From Eledone cirrhosa (taxonomy: Eukaryota): 64,000 bases of DNA. Made by a program: the position numbers and the translations under genes. The notes under the pieces were generated by a model that worked only from the letters and a program-made list of their open reading frames with translations, did no database searches and was not told where the DNA came from. Shown piece by piece: positions 12,903 to 25,305 of the stretch. The stretch lies in the NCBI GenBank assembly GCA_964016885.1, contig OZ024742.1:207700001-207764000 (forward strand), written 5' to 3'. Within the stretch, counting starts at the first letter, position 1. Every line of letters starts with the position of its first letter.

Positions 12903-13761
12903 AAATTGCCTTTCATGTTTTTTCACCCAACAGATTTCTGGCTTTGTGTCTATGTTATAATATTATTATTTTCAATAGGATTTACTGTCAATATTACCAT
13001 CAATTTTTTAGCATCATTTAAAAAGACCCCATTTCCTTTATTTTTTATTTCCCTATATACATTATCTTTGCATTTCTCACCTTCTAGCTCTTGGGGCCTC
13101 TTATACCATTATCTCACTAAATTCGTCCCTTTAAATATTCCTACCCACTGCTCTAAGGTAAATTTGATACAACCACGCATTTCAATTTGTTGTTCAGATT
13201 CTTCATACATCCACGGAAGTTAGAGGATAGTTCACGCCTTACAACATACATCCTTTTCTCTGTGACACGACAGAGGTTGATCAAGCCCCAGTCTGTGTCC
13301 AAATGGCAGACTATTGACCCAATTATACTATTGCTCTTTCATCAGCAATGTTAATTAGATACCCCTCGCTACTGCTTTCACCTTTTGATGGCATTTCAAC
13401 TGTTGATATGCTATTGTTGTAGACGTTGTTTTTGTTTCTGTTGTTGTTGTTGTTGTTTAAATGTTGTTTAAATATAAAACAACGTCAATCGATCAAACCT
13501 ATATTAAATAATCCAGTTGGAATATTTCCATCTATTCAATATCGAGAATTACATTCTTCATTGTATCTTCTCTTTTTATTTCTCAGCTTGTGAAATGGGG
13601 TTTGTGAAAGTTTTGCTACATCTAACAAGTGAAACAATCCTGTTAAAGCTGCTATGTTGATTTGAGACACAATGATAAGGACTAAAATCTCCATCAGGCT
13701 TAACGCTAATATTCCAACATTGCGTCTCTTTAGTGGTCTTCAACCCAAGGCTATAACAATA

Positions 13762-13975
13762 ATAATTGTTTCAATTTTAGGCACAAGGCCAGCGTTTTGG
13801 GGCGCGGGGAAAGTTGATTAAATAGGCCCTAGTGCATTACTGGTTCTCTACTGTACCGACTCCGTAAGGATGAAAGACAAAGCTAAGCTTGACGGTATTT
13901 GAACTCAGAACGTAACGGACCATAACTCTGTGGTGCGAAGCATGGTGTCCGATGCTCTACCGATACTGGCAATCC

Positions 13976-13977
<2 letters not shown>
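13762..13977 (-). mobile_element. tRNA-derived SINE
   Basis: Minus strand shows A-box-like TGCCAGTATCGG and B-box GAGTTCAAATACC. The body is shared with many copies in the window. Confidence 0.8.
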
Positions 13978-14027
<50 letters not shown>

Positions 14028-15459
14028 TGTTGTTGTTGTTGTTATTGTTGTCAATATTTCTTGTTTACCAAATATTGTTGTTTCTATTTTGTAACATACA
14101 TTATCAATTCCTTCTTTCTTTCTTTTCCCCGTCTTTCTATTTTTCCTCAATGTATGTTTTGTTTCTTTTACTCTTTTTACTTTCCAATACTTGACTTTTG
14201 GCCGATTAAATTGATTGATAAGGTATTAAGTATTTGGGTTGTATATATTTTTAGTATATCTTAGTCCAGGCTAATTCTGCTATGTGGAATTTTTTCAGTC
14301 TGAATGTGATTTATTCAGCACATATTCATCAATTCATCATATATCTTAACTCTTTTCAACACAATATCGTTCAGAAGTGAATTAGCAGAATCATTAAACT
14401 CTAGGTAAATGCCTTGCTGTATTGTTTAAGTATTACCATTTTCTTGGCTTATATTTCGGTGTGATCAACTTTGCCTTTTATACTTGTGAGGTTGATAAAA
14501 CGAAGTGCCACTCAATAGAGTTGGATTAGTATTATTGTAAGAGTACTGAACCTGATGCTTAGCTGTATATTTTCGACATTTGTGTGAAGATTCCTTGGGT
14601 TGTATATATAATCAGCTGACAGTTTTAACACCACCATCTGGTGTCTACAGTGTATTTAGTGAAGCTCACTTTCTTATATACATTTAGGAAAGGGCTCCAA
14701 TAAGAAGATATCAACTTCCTTAAGGGGGCCTGAATGTCACTCTTCAAAAACTCACTACAAATAGTATGATCAGATTTCACGAATGTTTGTGATCAAAAGG
14801 AAATTCGCTTTCCACTAGTATCATGTTTACGTCAATGTGCTTGATATTATATAGATCGATATATCTGTTCATGAAAATTCATTGATTGATTTGGCTGTCG
14901 GGCGTAATTTAGATTACATCAAGTATTTGAAAACATTAAAAATAAAACTAAACAGTAGAAACCTTAAAACATTTGAAATATTTCCTTGGAATAATACATT
15001 TTTTTTTTTTTATTTGCAATGTATATTTTCAGTTTTATATAACTTATCCAATGATTACAGGAATAAACTGCTAATCACCGACTATAAACTGTAGGTTTTG
15101 TAAAATCTGTTCATAAGGATTTATTTTTTTCTTGATACTAGATGTGATATTTACCAGAACCAGGAAAAAATTGACTTCCCCAGAAAGTATAAATATTAGC
15201 TTTTCTTCTACGTTTAGAGAAAAAATCTGGTTAATTGGAAAGCTATAAATCTGGTGACTGGTTAACTTTGTCGCTAGAAGTTTTCAATGTAGTCACTAAA
15301 GCTGCCTATCCACCCTCACTAATCTCCTTATCATTTTTCAAATTGAAACCACTTGTTTTAATTCGAACATCATACGGCAACATGGCACAAAATAAAGATA
15401 TTCAAGAAATTCAAATTACGCGTTTCTTCTAATGAGTTCATCCTTATAAAGGAGCAGGG

Positions 15460-15670
15460 CACTGCATTGTCGGATAAAATAGCCTTCATCATTTATTCAG
15501 CACGTTCTGACTTCAGAGCCCATCGAAGATATTGTTGACGTTCATTATTTCGGGGTTGACTTTGCCTTTCATCCTTCCGGGGTCGATAAAATAAAGTACC
15601 AGTAATGCACTGGGTAATTGCTGGCCTTGTGCCTAAACTAGAAACAATTATTTCGGGGTCGATAAATAAA
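15460..15670 (+). mobile_element. tRNA-derived SINE, rearranged copy
   Basis: GACTTTGCCTTTCATCCTTCCGGGGTCGATAAAATAAAGTACCAGT core and GGCCTTGTGCC...GAAACAATT tail. Confidence 0.75.
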
Positions 15671-16412
15671 GTAAAAATCCAAGGCGCTGGATTGGTATAT
15701 TTGTTAGAGCTTTCTTGCATTTATATTTCAAATTCGCTTAAATATTAACATCTCAGGATTATCACCGACCACGTCAACATGATGGATTATAAATGTTGTC
15801 ATGATTAGTAAAGGGTTGCGGCAGTGTGCTAGTTTAGTTGAATATCGATGATGATGATGAATAATGATGAGAATGACATATATATTTTAGCTTCACTAAT
15901 ATATGTGTATGTGGGTGGATGCATGTGGATGTTTCAGTGTATGTGTTTTGTATGATTTTGCTGTTGTTTTTCGCACTTTTCAGGGGCTTAATATTTTACG
16001 AAATTTGCTAAATAAGATATTTCAAATTTATTTTCATAAACGTTTATAAATATTTGTTTATTTATTTTAATTATTTTTAATTTCTTCTTTTTTTTTGGTA
16101 TGCTGTAATAAACCGAAATGAAACTGGGCACATACCTGTCATTTTTAAACCAGGAGCTGATAGCTGTACACAAATATACAGTCTTTTTACGAAGCGTTAA
16201 GCGAATTTAATTGTTTATTTGTTTATATTTCCTGGTTGATAGACAAGGTTTAAAGATACTGAGCAAATGACCAGTCCTGTATTGATGTAATGGTAACGCA
16301 GTCGTCCTGTATACGGCAGAAATGTTTTCCATTCCTACAGCCGTCACTAAAACCGAGGGTGTAGCTAACATTTCAAAATACAAATTTGTTCAATGCTTCG
16401 TAAAACAGTGGT

Positions 16413-16515
16413 TTCTTCTTCTTCTTCTTCTTCTTCTTCTTCTTCTTCTTCTTCTTCTTCTTCTTCTTCTTCTTCTTCTTCTTCTTCTTCTTCTTCTTCT
16501 TCTTCTTCTTCTTCT
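16413..16515. repeat. (CTT)n microsatellite
   Basis: Seen directly. Confidence 0.98.
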
Positions 16516-17207
16516 AACACTTCTAATTGATCCCTTTGGATCCACAAGGGAGATTAGTCGAGCACATGGATGCTAACCAAACATGTGCCGCGGCGTCTAA
16601 AAGTCTCCTGGCGGCTCGTTTTGCCTGTAAAATCTGTCCAGCGATTATTTCCTAAGACATTCTAAACATATGCACGTAACACTACCACCATCATCCTTAT
16701 CATCCACCCACTGCCACTACCACCAACATCATCAACTTCACTGCCAAGGCGATCAACGCCTCTAAAAACTCCTACAACAACCCAAATAAAAACAAACATC
16801 CGCAACAACAAGAAGCCTAAATCTAAAAAAAATACAGCTGTCAGGCACGACCCGTATCTGTCTGGAATGGCACATATTTGCGCCTCTTCCACCGGATTCC
16901 CCACGACGAGCACCGACCTCGTCGCTAACACATTGACCAAAATGTTGAACTGTTTGTTTTTGTTTTATACTCATTTTTAATCCACATTCAATCGCCCTTT
17001 GCTGTTTTTATTGTATTGTTATCTAAATTCTTTAAGGTTAATTCAGAAAATATTACTATCATTGTTATGTTTTATATGCATTTTCTTTTTATATTTTTTC
17101 CTTGTTAAATTGGATTTGTTATTGTGTATTTTCACTCAATTTTATTTTAAACCCCCACTTATCCCGTCTTTGTATTGTCCCTATATGTCCGCCCTTGTAG
17201 CCAATAA

Positions 17208-18544
17208 ATGAAATGGGCGGAGAGGAATCTATCCCTGAACGGTCGAGCGGAGGTGGCGAATGCGTACATCGCGTCCGTCATCTACTACAGCCTGACCATC
17301 ATGCCTTGTCCTATGCCTCGCCTGACTGCGCTGGAGCGTTTGCTCTTTTGCTTTTTGTGGAAGGGACGTGCTCCGATGGTCAGGCGGCCCATCTACTGTC
17401 AACACCCGCTACGTGGAGGGCTGGGCATGCCGTGGCTGATGATGCCCAGACACACGCTCAGGCTACGGCATCTCCACCTCTTCCCTGACGATGATCAGGT
17501 GTGGTCGTCGTTTGTTAGACGCGTGTTTCCCCAGCTCGTCTCCTTGACGGAGTGGCAATCATAGGTCAAACGAAGAGCGAGAGGATGCGCTTGGAGACTG
17601 GAATGTCTTCAGGTGCTTACAACCCTCGGCTAGGCGGGCAATGCGATCAGTGGAAACTCCACCTTGGCATTCTATAGAGGGTTAGTGGAGGGGAAGAGCG
17701 ACGACGTACTTGGGGAAACTCTAGGCGTCGACGAAAATCAACTAGCCAATCTCTTCGGAAGAACTTTCGAGCAGGGGCCTATGGACAACTTCCAGAAATC
17801 CCTGGCCTGGCAGTGCTACCGAGGAGGTTTGCCAGTTCGGGATAATCTCTACAGGAATGGAGGTGCCGTCAGCCGGGCATGTCCGACATGCGAACAGGGC
17901 GACGAAACCGTCCTGCACGCATTCATCCAGTGTCCGAGCATTGCTGACTTGTGGGTTTATGTCGAAGACCTGCTGTTGCGTGTGGGACGGATCCAGCGAT
18001 CAGCTGAGTCCATTGTGAAGATTGCCCCGCCCTCTTCCTTTAGCCGGGAAGGGCAGGCAGTTTTTATCTGTCTGGTTGCCATGGTGAAAGAGATAGTATG
18101 GTGGACACGTTTGAAAGGGCTGAAGACGACGACTTACCTCTTCGTGATGCCCTGATTAACTTTTTCAAATTTCATTTGAAAAGGAAAATCAGGGTAGAAA
18201 GGGAAGTGTTCTCTTCCCAGCATTTTGTTGAAAGATGGGTGAGAGAGGCAAGAATGGCCTGAGTGAATGGGCCTACTCTGAGTATGTGTCTGTAAATCAA
18301 AGGTGGAAAACTGGGAGAGGGCACTTGCTCTGGTGGTCAGGGTCACTGTGGCTTTTTAATGGGCTTTCTCCACGAATGTCCCTCGGAAGTCTCCCCCCTA
18401 TTGGGGAATATTTTTCATTGATCTATTATTACATCCTCTGTTTTTTGTTTTTTACACGCAGAAATGCCCATTTGTACCGTCCTATATTGTCCTGTACTGT
18501 CCTTAATGTCTACTTTATGTAGACCCTTGTGGTTAATAAAGAAA

Positions 18545-18606
<62 letters not shown>
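17208..18606 (+). mobile_element. 5'-truncated L1/Tx1-clade LINE (post-RT region, zf-RVT), decayed
   Basis: WAERNLSLNGRAEVAN, FLWKG...RGGLGMP and CPTCEQGDETVLHAFIQCP; AATAAA followed by a (TTA)n tail. A similar 3' UTR-like end lies just upstream at about 17150-17210. Confidence 0.9.
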
Positions 18607-19597
18607 GGTTACTGTATGCCATGGTTGACGGAGAGTCGGCTCTGTAAGGTATTGTAATTTTTAACCGTCGTAACAATTGTAAATTGTTTAAAACTTGCAC
18701 CAAATTGTAGATAAATACACCCTCCTCCTCGTGAGAGGGGTCTTTCTGTCCGTATTTGGACCTTCGGGGATAAATAACTAGTTATTGTGGATTTGTGCCC
18801 AATATTCATTTTAAAAAACAACATGGCTACAAAAAGGAATTTTCACCAGTCACTCCCACTCCTTCCGCCTTCTTATTCCCCAATCGTCATTACGTCAGAG
18901 AAAAGATTGCCCCCCCCCCCCTCTTCTCTAAATGTGGTGTCACCTCTGTCGCCTCTTTCGCAAGCGACGCCATAAAAAAAAAAGAAAAATGTAGTTTCTC
19001 GTAGCGTTCTTCATCAAGAGAACGCGCGTGCCGGGGAACATTTCTCCACAACGACGATGACGACGCAAAAGATGTGTGCGGTAAATACGGAAAGCCATTT
19101 CATTCGTCTGACGTCATGAAGACTAGCAGCAGCAGCCGTAATAACAGCAGCAGCAGCAACAGTGGTGAGAAAAATACTAGTAACTGTCGCAACAAGATCA
19201 GCAGCAGCATAAACATCATCATCAGCAGCAGCAACAACAACAACAACAACAGCAACAACAACAACAACAACAACAACAACAGCAACATCAGCAACGGCGG
19301 CGGCGATCGTAGTACCAGCAGCAACAACAAAGGTAACAGCAGCTCTGACGACAAGAACAACAAGAAAGAAAACCAATCTCGTTTGCAGGTATCGCAAAAA
19401 ACCTAGAAGCCTTGCTCATAACAAACGAAGAATTACAGGAACCAAGGAGGATGGTGACGAAAACCGGACACCGAGTAATCTGCAAGGCAGCCGAAGTATT
19501 TTTCGAAATCCAACAGCAAGTACGGTCACGTATCGTACAGTATCCACGAAATCACGCAGGGTTGAAAGAATCATAGAGGCTCAAATACAAAAAGCCT

Positions 19598-20276
19598 TAA
19601 GTAAGTTAATTTTATAATTTTCTTATTTTACGTCTCTCATATTATTGTTCTGCATCCCCATGAATTGAACCACAAAGTTACTAAGACAAAACCTATATAT
19701 TTGCTAGCATAAGTATGCATCTGTATATATATATGTTACTAGATATACTAATTCTTTATAATTATCTCCAAGTTATTTTGTCGATCAAAAATTGGCCAAA
19801 ACTGCTACTATAGTAACGGTCCGGCTGCTGTCTTCTTAACAAACCACTCTTCACTGATTGACCTCGATGTCACGTGATTGATTCTTTTGAATTTGCCACC
19901 GACGCAGTAGGCAATGATTTTTTCAATGTCTTGGAATTTAGTCCACGCTTTGCTTTTTCCATCCGATGAATTATTGTTGTATAAGTTCCCTGTGTCCACG
20001 TATTGCCTGGAAACTTAGCTGATAATAGATTTCCCTGATGACGAAAGGCTTCTCCGCAAATTTCTTCGGAAACTATGTTTATTCCCTTTCAGAAACTAAT
20101 TAGTTGGAGTTAAATTTTAGTAAGTAAGTTAATTTTATAATTTTCTTATTTTACGTCTCTCATATTATTGTTCTGTATCCCCATGCATTGAACCACAAAG
20201 TTACTAAGACAAAACCTATATATTTGGTAGCATAAGTATGCATCTGTGTATATATATGTTACTACATATACTAATT

Positions 20277-20283
<7 letters not shown>
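19598..20283. repeat. Pair of ~160-bp direct repeats (19598-19760 and 20119-20283), possible PLE pseudo-LTRs
   Basis: TAAGTAAGTTAATTTTATAA...CTAATTCTTTATA occurs twice, nearly identical. Upstream IAKNLEALLI resembles a GIY-YIG tail. Confidence 0.7.
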
Positions 20284-20332
<49 letters not shown>

Positions 20333-20334
<2 letters not shown>

Positions 20335-20543
20335 CGAAGGAAGTGTGGTAAGGAACCAGATGGACCATAACGCACCAGAGTACTCAATACTTAGGGTAGT
20401 AGAGTGGGTACTAGGAAAATGTTCAAGACCCCCACGGCTTAGCTCAAGCCATTTCGACGCTTACCACGCTAACAATTCTAATTTAGTCCAGAATTAGCCG
20501 TCGAAACGGCATGAGCTCTGCCTTCGGGGTATTGAAGATTTTT

Positions 20544-20548
<5 letters not shown>
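20333..20548 (+). mobile_element. Short repeat element with terminal hairpin, set in (TA)n, copy 1
   Basis: Homologous to the reverse complement of 34011-34204. Segment 20412-20548 is self-complementary. Confidence 0.7.
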
Positions 20549-20581
<33 letters not shown>

Positions 20582-20595
20582 AAAAATTTAATTTT

Positions 20596-20645
<50 letters not shown>

Positions 20646-20779
20646 TGCTAGGGAAAGGATCAGGGGTGTATAACACTCCACTTATCCAGCAGGCAGTATG
20701 AGGTTAGCTCAATGTCTGAGGACAGAGCCGTAATATAATAAATAACAAAGAACGCTTATAGCATATGCATATCTTTACT

Positions 20780-20825
20780 TGCTAACATTGTTTCATCCGC
20801 ACTATAAGTGGGACTCATCAGAGCA
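20780..20825 (-). ncRNA. Hammerhead ribozyme motif (inverted copy)
   Basis: Reverse complement of 24221-24266. Confidence 0.75.
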
Positions 20826-20990
20826 TAAAGGTTAATTACATACCATACAAGCAATAACAAATCCAAGACATTGAAGAATGAAAGGTAATAATAGACGATA
20901 AAGGATAAGAATAAAAATAAAAGTAAAAATAAAAATAAAAATAAAAATAAAAATAACGACGCCTTAGCTAGATCCGGCTTTAGGGACAAA

Positions 20991-22064
20991 TTGTATTACA
21001 CCCAGGGAAATAATGGTCCTAATAGTAGCTCTACCAGTGTTGTTATAACACATAATATGTCCATTGGTAATCGAGGTGTCGCGAATGGGAGGGTTCTAAA
21101 TGCCGGTGGAATGAAACAGCAGGGCACCATTAGTCTAAGTAATAACAATAGAGGTGTCGTGAATGGGAGGTTTCTAGATGCCGGTGGAATGAACCAGCAG
21201 GGCACCATTAGTCTAAGTAATAGCAATGGTAGGCGTCGCAGCTCCCCGCATAGACTAGGTGAGCATAGGAACCGTAGAAATAATAATGCTAATAATACTG
21301 ATGAAAATAGAAAGAATAAAAAGAATAGAAGAAGATTGAATACATACTTCAACCCCCCTTTTAATTCTGAAGTGGCTATAAATATTCCTAGGGCCTTCTT
21401 CTCTGTGCTAGAACGGAACTTCCCTCCTGGTAATAGGTACCACTCTATCCTCAATAAGAATGTTGTTAAACTTTCGTATTCTACAACCCAAAATCTGGCC
21501 TCTCATCTGGCCATTACTAATAATAAGAAAATAAAGGAAGGCCTGGACAACCTAAGCCTAGGGGAAAACACGGTAGTGGATAGAGTGGGCAGAAACACTG
21601 GTGGTGATCTTTCTGAGAATAGCATCACCAGAGGTTGTAACTGTAGAAGGGCTTCAGGCTGCCCCCTGAATGGTTTCTGCCTTGTTAGAAACATAGTTTA
21701 TGCGTGTGATGTGGTAACTACGGCGTCCACTATGACCTATATAGGATCAACTTCCACCCCCTTTAAGACCAGGTTTAACTCTCATCAATGCACTTTTAGA
21801 CATAATAAACTGAGGAACTCCACCTCCTTGGCAGCGTACGTCCATAATTTAAAAAATGCACGAACACCTTACACACTTACTTGGCGGCAGGTTGCTAAAT
21901 CCCATCCATATACTCCTCATAGTAGAGTATGTAACCTGTGCCTTGCCGAATCCCACTCTATTATATTTGCTAAATGCCCTCTACTAAATAGAAAGTCTGA
22001 AATTTTTTCCTCTTGCCCCCACCGAATATTAAGCTCTTTCTTCTACTTTAAACCTGTTAGCTAG
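20991..22064 (+). CDS. PLE C-terminal ORF: linker, Cys motif, GIY-YIG endonuclease
   Basis: YFNPPFN...FPPGNRYHSILNKNVVKLSYS, CNCR..CPL...C, IVY...YIGST..FKTRFNSH, CNLCLAE. The frame is open back to the truncation point near 20957, so the start is not a real initiator. Confidence 0.9.
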   Translation: MYYTQGNNGPNSSSTSVVITHNMSIGNRGVANGRVLNAGGMKQQGTISLSNNNRGVVNGRFLDAGGMNQQGTISLSNSNGRRRSSPHRLGEHRNRRNNNANNTDENRKNKKNRRRLNTYFNPPFNSEVAINIPRAFFSVLERNFPPGNRYHSILNKNVVKLSYSTTQNLASHLAITNNKKIKEGLDNLSLGENTVVDRVGRNTGGDLSENSITRGCNCRRASGCPLNGFCLVRNIVYACDVVTTASTMTYIGSTSTPFKTRFNSHQCTFRHNKLRNSTSLAAYVHNLKNARTPYTLTWRQVAKSHPYTPHSRVCNLCLAESHSIIFAKCPLLNRKSEIFSSCPHRILSSFFYFKPVS

Positions 22065-23619
22065 CACTTCCTTATTCCTCCAGTTGGGCTGTCTTGTGTA
22101 ACTGTCTCTGACTGTGTGTAACTGTCTCCTATTGTTGGTCGTCTATGTATACGAGTCTGTGAATGTATACGTATGCCTGTGGGAGGATATTGATCTTGAT
22201 ATTGCGGTGTGCAGGGGAGTGTATGTTAATAAGCACCCCTGTTTGGCACAGTGGATGTAACCCATCCACGCTGGCCTACCCACCATTAGTGCATTGGTGG
22301 ACCTATCCTGACGTATATCTTGTTGATCTGTACCTCTGTATGCGCATGAGTTGTGATGTAATGTATTTATGTAAAGCGTGTACTGCGATTTAGGCTGCAC
22401 TAGTAGAAATTTAGCCTGTAAATGTAGGCGGACCCGTGCCATCCCGCCGTAAGCAGTGGATACGTGGCGCATATACGTGTTGCCCTCATATTCTGTGGTT
22501 CAAGATCTACAGGCTGACCTCTGGGAGCTCTTACCCGGGGTTGTAGTCTTTCTAGCACGATTGGCCTTCCATATATTGACGGTCGTTTTTATGATCCCGA
22601 AAGTAACGTTTTGGCCCCAATAGCCCTCCGTAGTTACTAACGGTCTGTGTACACTCGAATCGGTCAATGGCACGTGCAGACATGAATATCTCCGTAGGAT
22701 TTCAACTTTATCTTACTACATCTCATCGTATGTATTTGTTTTGAATATATTACCTGTGGTGGTGGGTCTGGTCTAATGTGGTATTTCGGTGTTTAATATC
22801 GGCTTTGACCCGGGTGTCCCACGCTGTGTGTGTGTGCGTGTGTGTCCGTGTATACATTTATATGTGTATGGGTGTAGGTGGTTATATGTGTCTGTATATA
22901 TAAAAAAAAATATATATATATATATGTATACCGTCTCTGCATATGCATGTGGTGTGTATACGTGCATATACGTGCTGAACATATTGATGTGTACAATCTT
23001 GTGATGTCCCAATGCTGTGACTTAATGGCTCTTGAAGTTATTTTTATATATCTTCTGTCTTTTTATATATATTTTGTATGCGCTACAACTGTGTCTGCTT
23101 GCTTTAACCCGCCTCACCTCGCTTGCTAATGCACGTGAATTCTTCTACCTCCTTTGATGCACCTCTCTCTGACCATTGGACTCCTGCCCGTGTGTGAACC
23201 GGTTTGTGACTACCCCACCGCTCAACTGTGTGAATGCACACCCATGACTTTCGAGTGAACTTTCGAGACTGCCTAACCTGGGACGCCTCCATTGCCTTGC
23301 AATGGTCAAGTGATACTGGTGACTGTGACACTTAGTGCCTTCGTGGGCCCCTGATGTTTTCAAGAAATATATTTTAAAAAATTGGTCAAGTGATACACAT
23401 AACTGTGACACTTAGTGCCTTCGTGGGCCCCTGATATATTCAAGAGATATATTCTAAAAAAATATATATCTTATCTCAATTTACTTTATTTCATTTTATT
23501 TTATTTCATTTCATGTTATCTAATTTTATTTATTTACTTATTTGACTCCATTTATTTATTTATTTATTTATTTATTTAAATTTAAATTTAAATTTTAATT
23601 TTATTTGTTTATTTAATTT

Positions 23620-23659
<40 letters not shown>

Positions 23660-24220
23660 TTACATTTAATTACATTTAATTATACATTTAATTATATCTT
23701 ATATTATATTATTTTAATTTAGTCTATGTTATTTAATTTTAGTTTACCTTATTTTATCTTATTTTACGATTATATTATATTATGTTCTATGTATATAATT
23801 TTTAATTTTAATTTTATATTATTTTATCTCATTCCTTACCCTATATTTTATATGTAAGTTTGTTATGTATTTCTTTGTATTTCTTTATATTTTCTTATTT
23901 ATATATATTATAAGTCTGTTTTTCACCTATTTTTTACCTATTTTTTACCTACTCTTACCTAATCCCATTATCTTAACTACTCTTGTCTGTTCTCTTATCC
24001 ATGTGTCTACTCTTGTCTGTTCTCTTATCCATGTGTATGCTTGTATGTAACTATATGTTGACAGCACCCCGCCCAACTGTGACTGATAGCACCCCTTATT
24101 TTTATTTTTATTTTTATTTTTACTTTTATTTTTATTCTTATCCTTTATCGTCTATTATTACCTTTCATTCTTCAATGTCTTGGATTTGTTATTGCTTGTA
24201 TGGTATGTAATTAACCTTTA

Positions 24221-24266
24221 TGCTCTGATGAGTCCCACTTATAGTGCGGATGAAACAATGTTAGCA
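24221..24266 (+). ncRNA. Minimal type I hammerhead ribozyme motif
   Basis: UGCU-CUGAUGA-GUCC-CACU-UAU-AGUG-C-GGAU-GAAAC-AAU-GUU-AGCA; stems I, II and III all pair. Confidence 0.8.
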
Positions 24267-24305
24267 AGTAAAGATATGCATATGCTATAAGCGTTCTTTG
24301 TTATT

Positions 24306-24362
<57 letters not shown>

Positions 24363-24364
<2 letters not shown>

Positions 24365-24481
24365 CAAAATTAAATTATTTGAAGGGTGTCATGTCCGAGA
24401 GACATGCGCCATATTCACTGTAGAATATGCTCACAAATTTCAATGAGTAGATGCGAGCATTTTATACCAACTAGATATTGA

Positions 24482-24536
<55 letters not shown>

Positions 24537-24617
24537 AACATATGAAACAATCACAGGGAATAATTTGTGAAAGTGCGCATGTCTCTAGGACATGACACCC
24601 TTAATTTAATTTTGGAT
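24363..24617. repeat. Small fold-back / MITE-like element with ~42-bp inverted termini
   Basis: CCAAAATTAAATT..AAGGGTGTCATGTCCGAGAGACATGCGC versus GCGCATGTCTCTAGGACATGACACCCTTAATTTAATTTTGG, flanked by TA repeats. Confidence 0.7.
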
Positions 24618-25093
24618 ATATATACGGCTCCTTAATAGTAGAGCTAACTCAGTTGAAAGGATTCGGCTACTATTTCTAGTTATCGATAACCTTATTCACG
24701 CCACTGGGATGCGGCTGGTACGATGTGTGTATTTAAAAAAAATGCAATACATGCTGCTAGTCATTCGCAGATTTGAATTTGCTGTGTAAACACAAATAGT
24801 AAAATCTTATCCCATGTTGAAAATCCGAGATTTGGCTACAGTGGTTTACCGATCGATTGATGGTGAAATATATTTCTTTAATGAAATATATACAAGGAAG
24901 ATTAATCATTTTAAAAGGTATCTATATTTAAAGTTATAGTTAAACTTTAATTAGTTACCTACATAGCTATGTGTGCATACACACTTTTACAAATTATTCC
25001 CTGTGATTGTTTCATGTTTATTTTATATATATATATATATGTCAATCATTTTCTAGTTGATACATATATGTATGTATATATACATATATATGC

Positions 25094-25163
<70 letters not shown>

Positions 25164-25305
25164 ATACTTTGGGAGGGTCATGTTGCCAATAAGAAACACA
25201 CGCACCAGTAGCTTTCACTTCAATTTATTATATATTTATAAATTTATAAATTTATAAATTTCTGGTTGGTTGGTTGGTTCCACAACCAGATAGTTGTTTA
25301 TATAT

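Larger units (their letters stand above)
20734..24312 (+). mobile_element. 5'-truncated Naiad-type Penelope-like element with inverted pseudo-LTR
   Basis: 20734-20956 is the reverse complement of about 24096-24312. Contains a GIY-YIG ORF and a long 3' UTR, and is flanked by (TA)n. Confidence 0.88.

Noticed and set aside
12573-13223. Poly-E/Q, poly-K/N and poly-L/F ORFs
   Set aside because: Translations of trinucleotide microsatellites. The same applies to the YI, CV and HT repeat ORFs throughout the window.
19014-19406. Ser/Asn- or Ala/Val-rich ORFs
   Set aside because: (CAG)/(CAA) simple-repeat region.
20991-24312. Selenocysteine recoding / SECIS in the Naiad-type elements
   Set aside because: All visible conserved Cys positions are TGY codons and I could not see a convincing SECIS by eye. 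The missing 5' part cannot be judged.
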